The notes below the pieces were generated by a model. It made no database searches and was not told the origin of the DNA. It saw only the letters and a list, made by a program, of their open reading frames with translations. Below are positions 11,268 to 23,876 of a stretch of 64,000 bases of DNA, one piece after another. A program made the position numbers and the translations under genes. How positions within the stretch are numbered: position 1 is the stretch's first letter; every line of letters begins with the position of its first letter. Origin of the DNA: Cladosporium halotolerans (Eukaryota); assembly GCF_011745625.1 (NCBI RefSeq), contig NW_027191460.1, positions 248,001 through 312,000 of the forward strand, written 5' to 3'.

Positions 11268-12294
11268 AACGATGGGTGGGTTTGGGAGTGCGTGGGGCCT
11301 TGGGTTGGTTGGCGAGGGTGAGTCGGGGTTGCTTTGGTTGCTTATGGGGTTGGGGGCATGTTGATATGACTGGATTTGGCTGCAAGCGGTCTTAGGACAG
11401 GCGGTGGATTTGCGTTCATGATGATATCTTATACCCTAAGCTCTGCTTTTCTCATGTTTCGGTCATGGGAAGTTTGGTTGGGATTGACTGCAGCGTTCTA
11501 GCCTGGGAATGTACGACTGGTAATTTGCTTAGTGTCCTGCCAAAAGCAATGTGCCAATGTACGATGGAAATATGAAATTATCAAAGTCCGTTACACAGCG
11601 TGGCTGAACACCCAAGAAACGATGTTCTCGCTGATATCAAGTCCATTTGTTCCCAGAACAGTTGCACAGCCACCAATTCCGGCTCGTCATTGGAGGCGAT
11701 CACGGTACAAAGTTGTTCATGAACAGAACAAGGAACTACTGCAAGGTAACTCCGGAAAAGCACAGCGAATTGTGATGCTTAGCATTGACAGCCTGAACAT
11801 AATAATTCACTGGCCTCCTCTCGAAACGCACGGCCAACCATCCAAGGAAACCGCCAAATCGATCAAGTATCCTTTCGCGCGAACCACAACGCTTTCACAA
11901 ACCACAAAACCAGAATGCTTTCGATCAACCCTGATCACCAAACAAGCCAAGCACCTCTGCACACAAGATACCTATATGTACCTACCTACACTGCACCTCC
12001 ACCCCACAAACCCGACCACCAGCCCGCCAACGATCTCCCACACACCAGATCCTGGCTTGCCGTCCCACCAACAATGGCCCCAACCAACCCACCACAGAAA
12101 ACTTGTCGCATGCACACTACAAGCAGGCCGCAGCACAGGTACACAATACCCGCACACCCAGCGACAAGCACTCAAAATCCCGAAAAAGCAAGCCAAACCC
12201 CCGAATCCAGCCCCGCGCCACACTGCAGCAGGAGACTTTTCCTTCGCTGTTAGAGTTCCCCATCCCTCCCCATCTCCTCATATCGAGGTTCTGC

Positions 12295-12376
12295 GGCTGG
12301 CTGGCTGGCTGGCTGGCTGGCCGGCCGGAGAAATCTGGGATCTGGGATCTGGATCTGGATCTGGATCTGGATCTGG
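12295..12376. repeat. Adjacent microsatellites (GGCT)n and (GGATCT)n
   Basis: Tandem arrays read directly at ~12295-12320 and ~12337-12376. Confidence 0.9.
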
Positions 12377-15300
12377 GGCGCTGAAGTGCGGGCGTTACGA
12401 GGCGGGCGTGCGGCCTCCCGCGACTACGTACTGTACTTGAGATGAAAGAGGTGGCTGGCCTGGCAACCTGGCGGACGGGGCTTGGAGGAGATGATCCTTG
12501 GATATGGCGCGCATTGTCTCGCACGGCAAAAGGAGTGCTTTGCTCGGCAACAATGCGATGCCGCGTTGCCATGCATTCGTCCATTCACGGTATGGGCCTC
12601 TCTGCGGAGAAACCGCAGTCAGGCATACCACCACCACAACCTGCGTGCTCGAATGATGTATGGCCGGTAGACCCAGAGCCAGCCAGCACCGCGAGATCGC
12701 ACCTGCGTCCGCGTCTGCGCTTGCGCCTGCGGCTCTCGGCTAAAGTAGCTCGTCCACTATGGGTATGCACGCGCGGTGGTCTCCGCTCGTCTAAGTACAT
12801 CGAAGCATCGGCAGAAAAGAGCAGGATGGAAGCGCGCGGAACAGCGGGTCGACGCACGTGTTTTCGTGGGTGTCCGCATTGGGCTTGCCGGACCTTATCA
12901 TCGACTGATTGATTGATCCGGGTGTGGGATTATTTGGGAGGGAAGGCGGAGGACAACAACAACAACAACGACGACAACAGTGGGCGCAGGACGATAATCT
13001 CCACACACGCACATGCAGCAGCTCAACGGTGCTGTCGACAACGGCGCTGTACCGTATGTTCGAAGCCCTGCTGGACGGTGGAATGGACGTTGCGGCACAG
13101 TCATGTTTACGGTCATCCCGGGCCCGCACGTTCCTGAGGAATTGCTGGAGCAGGCGAGTAGCCGAAGCTGGATCGTGTACAGTGTACGCAGAGAAGAGGA
13201 CACGCAACGCATGCATGCATGCATACAGATGTGCATGTGCATGTGCGTGTGCGCACGCATTCGGCGCGCGGTGATCTCCGCAGACGGACGGGGTCAGAGT
13301 TCGGCGCCGGTGATGGAGAGCGTAACGGGTCGGGGATGGGGGCGGACAGCCCGGCCGCGGCCAGGTACGGTGGACGGAGTACTGTAAGCAGGGCATTGGG
13401 ATGGAGCGGGGAATGGTGGGCATGTGATGGAGGAGCAGATGAGACGGGGCGATGGAGGAAGTGAGGTGGATATATCGAACAATATGCAGTTGCGCAGCCG
13501 ATTTTCGCGTACATTAGTAGGCATACAAACCTCGCAGCGCCTAGCCGCCAGCCCTGACTCGCTTCGCAAGCGCGGCGTGGGGTGGACGACGGGAGATCTC
13601 TACAGACGACAGCACAGCACAGTGCAGTGCAGTTGCCCTACCCACCGCGCGGATTCCGCAAAAGCGTCGCACCGTCGCTCTCCCAGGGTCCCTGGCCTTC
13701 CCTCCACCTTCTCAGTCCCCGGTAGCTCGATCTGACCCCAAGCCACGCCCGCGGGCTGGGCCCGGTGGGACACAGGCAAGGATCTCGTCGAGTGGAAGTT
13801 TTTTGGGCGCGAAGGTTTGGCCTGCGCAACGCGACTTCCTTGTTGCGGATCCTATCCCCGTTTGGCGGATGAGTGGGTGGCGCTTCGCCGGGGCAGGACG
13901 CGGCGATGGGACGCAAGCTGCAAGCCACTCCCGGCGCGGGCTGGATGGGATGGGGATGGGATGGGGTGGATGGCGCGGGATACGTAATCGCGAGAGACGG
14001 AGCGGCGTGCGCGTGCAGGTTGCAGCCGATGCAGTCAGTGCCAATGGCGACAAACAGTTTCTACGCGCGAGAGCGACGGGCGAGAGTACGGTTGTCACCT
14101 CAGAGTTTGGAAGACGTCAGACACCACACGACACAAGAGGCTAGCGAAAACCCCAGGCGTCCCGATGGAGAAGAAAACAAGGGACGGGCGGAGGGGGAGC
14201 CAGAGACTCAAATCATGAAACTCGGCCTGCCGATCTCTCGCCCCCGATGTCTCACGCTCTCTTCAGCTTATGCCGCTTCGGGCCTGGCGGGGGTGAGGCC
14301 GTGAGACTGAACGCGCAATACGTGGGGTAGACTGGCTTTTGGTGAACAAGGGAAGTCGGCGAGAGGCGCGATCGCAGGGGTTTGGTGGCCGTGGGATCCG
14401 CAAGCGCGCGCGCAGCAAGCGAGACGAAGCGTGACGACGGGCGGCGGAGTGTGGTGGCATGTAGCATCTGGTAGCGATGGACGCGTTTTCTCGGCGAGGA
14501 GGCTGTCTGGTGAGGTGATTGGCGTGCGCGTTGTGGGGAGAGGGCGTCGGTGGGCGCGTGCGGGTTGAGAGACACGCGCCGCGACGGGCGGTGAGGGAGG
14601 TGTTTGAGGGTGGGCAGATGGCTTGGAGATTGAGGTGATGTAGAAATTGATTGCAACGCGGGCATGGAGATAAAGCAGGGTGCAAGGGCTGCGAGTGCCC
14701 TTTCGGGCGCAGAGGAGGATCTGCAGTCGTCGATCGTCCGTGGAACGATGAGTGAAGCAACTAGCGGCTTGACGACATTTGCAAGTGCTCGCCCTAGTGC
14801 TACTCGGCCGGGGCGGAGAATTGTGCAGAGGCGCGGCAAGCGCATGGTGGCAGAAGGTTTGCACAAAAGGCGTTGGGCGGTACGTTTATGTGGAGACGGA
14901 GGTTGAGGTGGTGAGGTGTGCCCATGGGCCGCGACGATGGGGCAGGCTCACCGCGCTCGAGCCTCGAGGCCATGATGCAACGGGTGAAGAAACAAATGCT
15001 AAGGTATTGAACGGCGGAAGTGAGTGCGAGTGGGGACGGGCGATCTGACGATACGATTTGATGATACGACGACGCCCTCCGGCAAAGCTGTTCTTGAGGC
15101 GTGCGCAACGCGGTTACAGTACATACTGCGGTGGCCCGCGGGAGGTGAGGCGAGGCACTGTGGGCAGTCGAGCGTGATATGCACAGTGGTATGCGGATAT
15201 AGCAGTTGTAGCAGAGCGTGGACGCGCTCCCGGCGCAGCGGCAAGGAGCCACAAAAGGCAAAAGTGTAAAGCGGCACGCAGGGGAGGAGGCAAAAAAAGT

Positions 15301-17028
15301 TGGCGGTTCGCTTACTTCTCCACGTGCCATTGCGGTCCGACTGTGGATGTGGGCTGGAGACTAAGGTCGCGACTGACGGCATGAGGCCTCCAGCAACACG
15401 GCCGTAGAGAGCGCTCAGTCGACACGGCGATGCAGGGTGGAGCACGAGAGCGGAGGAGGTTTGCAGATAACACGAAGGCGAGCGGACGGGGGCCTCGTAT
15501 CGCGGCGTGATTGGCGCGGCGGGCACGAGGGCGACGACAAGGTGCTCGCGCTGCTGCTGCTGATGCCTGCCGCCGGCGAGGGCACGGCGAGCTACGGGCC
15601 AGCAGCTTGCAGAGCGAGCCAGCCTAAGGTACCTTACTGTACACGCGCGTGCCGCTGCAGGTGGAGGCAGGCCAGCAGGCCAGCAGGCCAGCACCGGCGT
15701 GCCCTGCTGGAGTGCTGGATTGTGCGAGGGCGGGCGGGAAGTCTAAGATGCACAGAATGGCAGGCCGCATGCGGGCGGCGGACAGGGCATCGCGGGCATG
15801 TGAAGGGCGGTGCGAGTGCGTGAGGAGTGCGAGAGGAGGGCGAGAGGAGGAGTGCGAGGGAGCGTCGGCGCGCGTGCTCTATGTGAAGACGCTTGCGCAG
15901 ATGAAGGCCGCGGGCAGGAGGCAGGGCGGGCGATAGCGAGTCGACGGCGATTCATCAAGAATAGAATAGTCCCTTAGGCAGCGCGCAGTGATTAGCAGGC
16001 GGGCTAGGGGCGACTAGCAGGGCGGCATCGCGCAACGGCGACGGCGACGGCGAGCCAGGCGCAGGTGCAGGCCACGAGCCAGTCCATGCTCGGCCTGCCT
16101 GCACCCTGCAGCCTGAGCCCTCCCGCCGCCAGGGCAGCAGCAGCAGCAGCAGCACCAGCAGCAGCAAGCCGCACCACGCACGCACGCACGCACGCAGCCC
16201 TCGCTCGCTGCTCTTCGCCGAGCAACGACGGCTGCCACCACCACCTCCGCCTCTACCACCACCCACCACTCCTCCTCTCCGCTCCACCGCGCCCCGTTTG
16301 CTTTCCTCTGCATATTCATCCCCCCCAGCACCGCCCGACGCCCACTCAGCACCCGTCTGCTGTCTCGCCACCGCCGCGCCGCCGTTGTTGTCGCCCGCGT
16401 CGCCCTGGGCCTTGCCGAGAGCACGGCCAGCATTCCTAAACACCAGGAGAGCGTCAGGAGCACTGCTCAACTGCCACCTGCCCACCGCCCACCTGCACAC
16501 CCACACCCGCCGACTGCACCGTCTGCACACTCCGCCGCACTCGTCGCCGCCAACGCTCGCTGCCTCGCCCTCTCCATGTCGTTCTGAGGCCCGACGCCTG
16601 TCTGCTTCGGCAGAATCCCTCCTGCTGCCTCTCTTCACCCTCGACGGGTTGAAGCGTCCGCCGATCAGGTATGCTGCCACCCTCTCTCCAATGCCTCCAC
16701 CGCCCTCTGCCACACCTGCAAACAAGACCCCAACACCTCCTCTTCCACCCCTGCACCGCGTCCCGACCAACCGAGCAGAGCCGCCTTCTCGCCTGCCGAC
16801 AGGGGCCCGCCTGACCATGTGCCGCCTCTCACTTCACCCTATCGGCCATTGAACCTCCTTCACTCCTTGCACGGTTCCACCGCATTCTGCCTTTCAACAT
16901 CGACCATTCGAGACCATCATCACTGACCACCCGCAGGCTCAGATAATATCCGTACTTCCCTTGACCACCCCCACACCGATATCCATTTCGACCACCACTC
17001 GCTCCGATCCGCACACTCCACAGACTCC

Positions 17029-19259
17029 ATGGCTGAGGTACTCACCCTGCCCATGACATCCTCCAGCACGGTAACGATGCTGCAATCTCGACCTTCCTCC
17101 TCCGAAGCCTTCCAGGGCCCTCCACAACAGTCGCCTCGCCTCGGCCAGGCGCCCAGGAGCATGTACAACGGCACAAACAATGCGGCATACAGGAACACAG
17201 CATCGCCCGTGCAACCTTATGCCTTCCAGTCTACGCCTCACCTGCGACAAGAGTCGCGGACGATTTCTGCACCTAGTGGTGGACAAAATTTGCTCAGTGT
17301 CCAGAGGCCAACCCACTCGCAGTCGGCTTCGACCTCGACTGCATCATCATCCGATGCGTCGTCATCGAAGGATGACTCTGTCATCGGCACACAGGCGGAG
17401 TCGCTGATCACATTGTCGAGCGTTCCGGATCTCTCATTGAACACATTTGAGCAGCCCGCAAAGCCATCACCTGATCGCTACAAGCGGGTCGCCCGCCGCA
17501 CCAACTCGAGCACCTCAGTCCCGAAGGCAGCAGCGCCTAACGGTGCCGTGTCTCCAGTCACCCCTGGCGCGGCTGCCGCAGACTTGCTCTCGCAGCCAAC
17601 ACCCGCGATAGAACGCCAGGTCAGCGCTGACGACGCTGCTGTGCCGAGGTCAGGAAACACGGAATTGGCCAAACGCTATCGTAGGCGTAGCCTGAACACC
17701 ATCGACACACACGTTGCAATGACCAATGGCGACGCTCAGACAGCTGCTGGTGCGCAGAGACCTACGTCAAGCCGCAGTGCTAGCACTGTCTCCACGCCGA
17801 CCACAATTCGCCCTGTCGGCTCTCATCAGCGCATCGGCAGCCGAGACGGCGCTGAGGCTGCTCAGCGAAATAACTCAATCTCAGAGGCTACCAGCGTCAA
17901 GGCCAGTGATGCTCCCACCAGCCAGAAGACCGTCAATGTTCCTCCTAGGGGTGCCTCCGACCCGAACAAGCGAATGGCCGCTCCATCGCCACTTTCTCGA
18001 CAAACCAGCGACACTCAACCTGCCGCCGCGCCTACCCCCTCTGGCCCCTCCAAGCACAGATCGTATGCCTCGGTAACCCGAGCACCCGCGCCTCCGAGTG
18101 CAGCCGCTCAACATTTGGCCGCAGTGTCGGACAGAGATCTGAACAAGGGCATGAAGTCGCGTTTACGCCGCGCTTTCTCCTTTGGAACTGCGCAGGAGCT
18201 CAGGAGAGCAGAGGGCAATGCTTCTACAGCACCGCAAACTGGAGAGGCCCAGCCTCCGCGCCCAGAGGACGAACTGGACCCGGAGCAGCTGGAGATTGCC
18301 AGGAGGCAGGAGGCCGCTGGTATCGGTGCTAACATCTACTCCGGCCAAGGCGGTTTCACTGGATCCACTGACAACATTTCCATTTCCTCCACAGCCTCCT
18401 CGGCTTCGATGATGTTGAGAAAGATGGGCAAGGGTGCCAAGAAGAGTGCTAGGAGCATCAAAGGCTTGTTCAGACCCAAGTCCGTCATTGGAGTGCCTGC
18501 CGCAGACGGACCGGTCCAGATGCAGAACAGCGCTCCTCTTCAGCCGACCATGGCTCAAGTCTCGATGGTAACAGTCGAGGCTGAAAGGCAGAAGGTGAAC
18601 GTCAATGCCGAGTTGGATGACAAGAGCGGTGGCGCTACTGGCTTCCCCAAGCTGGAGCGCAACTCGATTGATGCTGTGAATGCTTCCGCAAGGCCTTCTG
18701 CCGAAGGCTCTAATTCGGACACCAGGCGCAGTATTGTTGGAAGCGACAAGGACCGCGCTGAAGTCCTTGCTGCTGTCAAGAAGGGTATCCTCAAGCGCTC
18801 CGGCACCTCTTCGCCTACCGCTTCTCCAGACATTCGCCCTACCGAGGTCCCTCACGTGCTCGACAGCCCAGCATCTTCCATGCCTAGCACACCCAAGGAC
18901 GGCTCCACTCGCAGTGCTTCTTTCCGCGACGGAGCTACCAACGACTACTTCAGTCAACCTCGCATCGCTTCCATGACCAACAACAGGAGCATGCCTGCCA
19001 CTCCCACCGGAAAGGGCATCACCTTCTCTCCCCGCATTCAATTCCACGATGCTTGGAGCGCTTCGGACTACGACCGCAGAGGTGACATTGCGACTTGCAA
19101 CCGTCTGACTCCAATTCTGGCTCAGCAGATCAAGGAGGAGCTCAACACATTCAAAATGGTACGTTACTTGATGTTTGATTTGAGACTTGGACAATGCTGA
19201 CCCCCTCATAGGAGATGGAGGTTCACGAGTCTAGCAAGCCTCACACACACTTCTTCTAA
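17029..19259 (+). CDS. bni4: Bni4-like septation scaffold / PP1 (Glc7)-targeting protein
   Basis: S/T/P-rich 725-aa protein with SILK-like KGILK and RVxF-like KGITF, followed by the Bni4-type C-terminus YDRRGDIATCNRLTPILAQQIKEELNTFKM|EMEVHESSKPHTHFF. Intron 19159-19211. Confidence 0.85.
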
Positions 19260-19858
19260 TGACACCACACCCACAATCGACACGCAGACCCCAGACTCAC
19301 CCGAACGAGGACACGAACGACGCGCGAGCATACCTTCCACTTTTCACTCGACAAAGGGATTCGATACCCACACACAACCACCTCTTCGCTCTCCACCACA
19401 AAAAGCGACCAGAGGTGTTAGCGGAGCAGCAATACAGGTCACAATCATTTTCCTTCTCCACGGAAACGGGCTTTCGGCAAAGCAAAGCGACAAAGGAGCG
19501 GGCACCTTATTTCTGTTGTTTCCTCCAGCCCTGTTTTTTCTTGGCCGACTCTTTGGTTGTCGCTGTTGCTTACGCAAGAGAAAAAGACCACCTTTCTTGA
19601 ATACTTTACACTTCGTCTACGCTCGCTACCGCGGCGGCGAGAGAGAAACCACCCACCCGACTGGACTACTAAGCGCTTGCATCTTGGGCACAACCTTGCT
19701 CTTTTTTCCTCTCTTAAAATCAACCGGCGTTCACATTCGAATTTGGGGGGGCAAACCGGCGGGAGTAAATTCGGAGCGGAGTTTTTTCTGTGCACTTGCT
19801 TTCTGTTGCTTTCCTCTCTATTTTGGCATATCTGAACTTTTGTGTTTCTTTCCTGATT

Positions 19859-20111
19859 GAGAGAGGGAGAGAGAGAGAGAGGGAAAGGGGGGAAAGCTCA
19901 CTGCTCTTTTCTTTTTTTCCTTGATTCTTTCCTCTTCCTCCTCTTCTCGAGAAAGCTCGTCCTCTTCGTGTACTCTTCCGCAGAACCGCCTTCCGTTTCC
20001 CTTTGACGAAACAGCTGGGTGCGCTCGATCAATGGGAATGGCTCTGTTCTGCTTTCGATTCTTTTTCTTCTCGTTCGCTTGCTTCACTGCGTCTGTTCTG
20101 CACGGCGGGCG

Positions 20112-20153
<42 letters not shown>

Positions 20154-20311
20154 GATTAGACTATGCGTGGGGTTGGCTAATGCTACGGCTTCCTTCTTTT
20201 TCTGCTACTTCCTCTTCTACGCCCCAAGCCGATTTCACCTCATCGTGCAATTGCTCCCTCTGCTCTGCTGAATCTCACGGCCCAGCTCAAGCTCAAGCTC
20301 AAGCTCAAGCT
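19859..20311. repeat. Microsatellite cluster (GA)n, (GACA)~10, (AGCTCA)n
   Basis: Arrays at ~19859-19880, ~20112-20153 and ~20284-20311, downstream of the bni4-like stop. Confidence 0.9.
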
Positions 20312-21692
20312 CCATCCATCACTTCAGCTCCCTCGCTCGCCCATCCGTGCCGCCGCATCACACAACGGCCGAAGCTCTCACCGGCGCCGTACGTAGTGCC
20401 ACATGCACTGCCGGTAAGGGCAAGTCCTCTAGCGAGGCAAGCTCCCTCGACCTCTATACGTACTCGTCTTCACATGTCATATTCCAGTCCCCTTCTCCCC
20501 GCCTGCCAAACCAGCAAGGGCGCATCACCATCGTCATCGTCATCCTCCTCGGATATCAGCCCACCGGCTCCAGATACGCTTCCACCGCTGGAACTGCTGT
20601 TTCAGTAGCTTAAGCTAAGGTGGTGCTCTCAGGCACCGAACCGAACCGAGCCGCAAGGCACAGACAGGCACAGGCACAGACACTGGAGCTCGACGCGTAC
20701 GTACCGGTACCGGTACCGGTACCGGCCGGAGCGAGGCACTGTAGGCACGCCGAGTCGAGCGGCGTAGAGGGGCAGAGGGAGTTTCAGTACAGGATGCAAA
20801 TGCACGTAAGCCGCGCGCGCGCGCGCGGCAGAGGGAGGGGTGGATTGGATGGATGGAGGGGCCGAGGGCCGTGGCTAGACGAGGCTTTTTGTTTGTCTCG
20901 GGCGCGCGGGTGAGACGGGTGGTTTTTGGTTAGGGAGCGGAGCTTTGGGTTTCTGCGGGATTCGTGTTTGGGGGAGGATGGGATTGTTTCGTGTGAGTGG
21001 GGATGGAGAGGATGCTGACTTGGATGTGCTGTGCTGTATGTTGCATGTGAAGGTGTGCCTTGCGTGGTGGGGTGGGGATGTGTGGGATGGGGGAGGGGAG
21101 GGGATGGAATGGGATGGGTCGGTTGTGCTTGCCTGGTTTATTACCTTTTGGTGGTGGTGATGAAGGTTAGGGGACGGTGATGGGGATGTGATGTGATGAG
21201 ATGGGAGGTGGTGTGACTTTTCGCTTTGAGAGGTTGACGCGCTTTTAGGATCTGAAAACGGCTCTCGGGATGGTTGATAGATTTGGCTATGATCTCTGAA
21301 GTACGATATGAAAAGACTTTCTCTCTCCGGTCTAGACCTTTTCTACAATGCAAGCACATCCGACCATACGGAAGCGAACGATCCGTTGCCGGCAGCCGAG
21401 TCGTCGGTTGCTGAAAGTGGCGTTGATCGAGTTCCGCGGGGTGGCTCTTGGAAGCTGGTCTTGGATGGCGTCAGAGATCTGATTAATCCTAGGCGCATGG
21501 CAGACATCACTGTATGTCTATACAAACAGATCTGTAGGCTTTCCCATTCTCCTCTCAATATTATTCAAGCACCAAGCGCTGCATCACTACACACTCTCAA
21601 GCCATAAGCCATCTCATCGAAGTCGCCACCCCAAGTCGAAGCCTGGCCCCGCGCACACCCACCTTCGCCACAGCGAGCACTTAGGCACCAAC

Positions 21693-21989
21693 ATGGCCTC
21701 CCTCCTCATTTTCGCCGGCGTTATGATCCACGACCGTATCGTCCACAGGAGAGACACAAAACACAAAAAGGCTTTGGAAAACGAGAGGAAACAAAAGCGG
21801 CTACAGGCAGAGGCGGGTCGGAGCCGCAAGAGAGCCGCTGTTGTGCAGAATTATGAGAGTGAGGATGAGAAAGAGAGCGACGAGCCTTTACCTCGGTATG
21901 AGGATGTAATCGCAGAGAAGGGTGATGGCACACCAGGTGGGCGAGGTGATGGTGCAGGGCCTTCACGGCAATCGGGCGCGACGAGATGA
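21693..21989 (+). CDS. Small hypothetical protein (98 aa)
   Basis: Good start context (CCAACATGG), short hydrophobic N-terminus, basic helical segment, acidic patch and an LPRY (PY-like) motif. This pattern is common in small fungal proteins. Confidence 0.6.
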   Translation: MASLLIFAGVMIHDRIVHRRDTKHKKALENERKQKRLQAEAGRSRKRAAVVQNYESEDEKESDEPLPRYEDVIAEKGDGTPGGRGDGAGPSRQSGATR

Positions 21990-22507
21990 TGTTCCGACAT
22001 GGACAGTTCGCTCACGGGTTGATGAGGTACGATTTGCCTGAAAAACGTGTACATCTTACTTCTTTTCTTGTACGATATAATGACCGAAAAAACATGTTTA
22101 TCCTGCTTATCCAATTTAATGTACGAAAATAGCGAAATTCTGCTTCAAACGTGCCTTCTTGTATATAGACAGTGTCATTGTGGCCTGGGTTTCCAGATGG
22201 TCGGCGGAACCTATTATGACAAGCGACTGAGTCCCATTAGCTTATACAAGAAGCAGTCTGCTTTGCGAAAGAACAACTCCCTTGGAACAACTCCCTTGTG
22301 TGTTGGAGACGCCGACGTGATGATGTTATGTTCCTGCGCCGGCGTTTGGACCCTCAGTTGCATGCCCCACCGCGGGGTCGATGTCGTTTGGAGGCTCTCC
22401 AAAGCCTGCCCGCCTCCAGCAAAACTTTTGAGTGACGCCAACCCCTCTTCTCAACCATCTGGCATCCATTGAACACCTTCAAACCCGAAACACACATATC
22501 CCACACC

Positions 22508-23876
22508 ATGGCTTCCGACGGCTACGAGCTCCTCTGCTTGGAGAACCCTCTCCTGGATATCCTTGGTAAGGACACCTCGCTCGTAGCAATCAGAGTGACC
22601 GACTAACGTACCGTGTTAAACAGGCTGGGGGTTCGCCTCGTCTTCATTATGCACCCGAACATGATCACATCTGACAATCCGACAGCGATGAAGCTATGCT
22701 GAAGCAGTATGGCCTCAATGCCAACGACGCCATCCTGGCCGAGGAGAAGCACATGGGCATCTTCGAGGACCGTACGTGCACATGGATTGGCTACCATCAG
22801 GGTCACAATTGACAACCTCGGACAGTCCTCCAGAACCGCAAGGCTATCCTCACCGCTGGCGGTGCCGCTCAGAACACTGCCAGAGGCGCCCAGGTACGCC
22901 CAGCTGTCTCAAAAGCCACCCGCGGCGCCTACTGACCAAATGGCAGTACATCCTCCCTCCCAAGTCCGTCATCTACTTTGGCTGCGTCGGCAAGGACAAG
23001 TACGCCGACATCCTCGCCGACTCCGCCAAGGAGGCTGGTCTTGAGGTCCGCTACCGCGTCGATGAGGAGCAGCCCACCGGCCGCTGTGGCGTTGTTGTGA
23101 CTGGCCACAACCGCAGCCTGTGCACCGACCTTGCCGCCGCCAACTGCTACAAGCTCGACCACCTGAAGGAGCACTGGGACATCGTCCAGAAGAGCAAGGC
23201 ATACTTCGTTGGTGGCTACCACCTGACTGTCTGCGTGCCGGCCATCATGGCTCTGGCTGAGGAGGCTGCCAAGGAGAACAAGGTATGCTCTGCGTGGCAG
23301 CAAGGAAACAGGAAAAACACTGACCCCCAGCACAGCCCTTCGCCCTCTCCCTGAACGCTCCCTTCATCCCCCAGTTCTTCAAGGACCCGCTCGACCAGAC
23401 CGCCCCGTACTGGGACTACATCGTCGGCAACGAGACCGAGGCCGCCGCCTACGCCGAGTCGCACGACCTCAAGACCACCGACATCCCGACCATCGCCAAG
23501 CACCTGGCCAACCTGCCCAAGAAGAACACCCAGCGCAAGCGCGTCGCCATCATCACCCAGGGCACCGAGCCGACCATCGTCGCCGTCCAGGGCGAGGACG
23601 ACGTCAAGTCCTTCCCCGTCCACGAGATCAACAAGGCCGAGATCGCCGACACCACCGGTGCCGGTGACGCCTTCGCCGCCGGTTTCTTCGCCGGCGTCGC
23701 CAAGGGCGAGGCCATCGAGCGCTCCGTCGACATGGGCCAGTGGCTCGCCGCTCTCTCCATTCGCGAGGAGGGTCCTAGGTGAGTTTCGACCGACTGATGC
23801 CGTCTCGTCGAGCATACTCTGACAATGCCGCTCCAGGTACCCTTTCCCCAAGAAGACCTACTCCCCCAGCTCTTAG
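22508..23876 (+). CDS. ADO1: Adenosine kinase (PfkB family), 7 exons
   Basis: Exons 22508-22565, 22624-22630, 22686-22771, 22826-22893, 22947-23282, 23336-23778 and 23837-23876 sum to 1038 nt (345 aa). Motifs: LLCLENPLLDI, AGGAAQNTARGAQ, GCVGKDKY, GNETEA, ITQG, DTTGAGDAFAAGF. Confidence 0.96.

Noticed and set aside
11532..12440. 302-aa ORF
   Set aside because: GTG start, no codon bias or domain, and it runs through microsatellites.
20928..21172. GGTTAGGG motifs as telomerase-RNA template or interstitial telomere
   Set aside because: Isolated single units with no 1.5-repeat template and no recognisable TER structure; expected by chance in GT-rich sequence.
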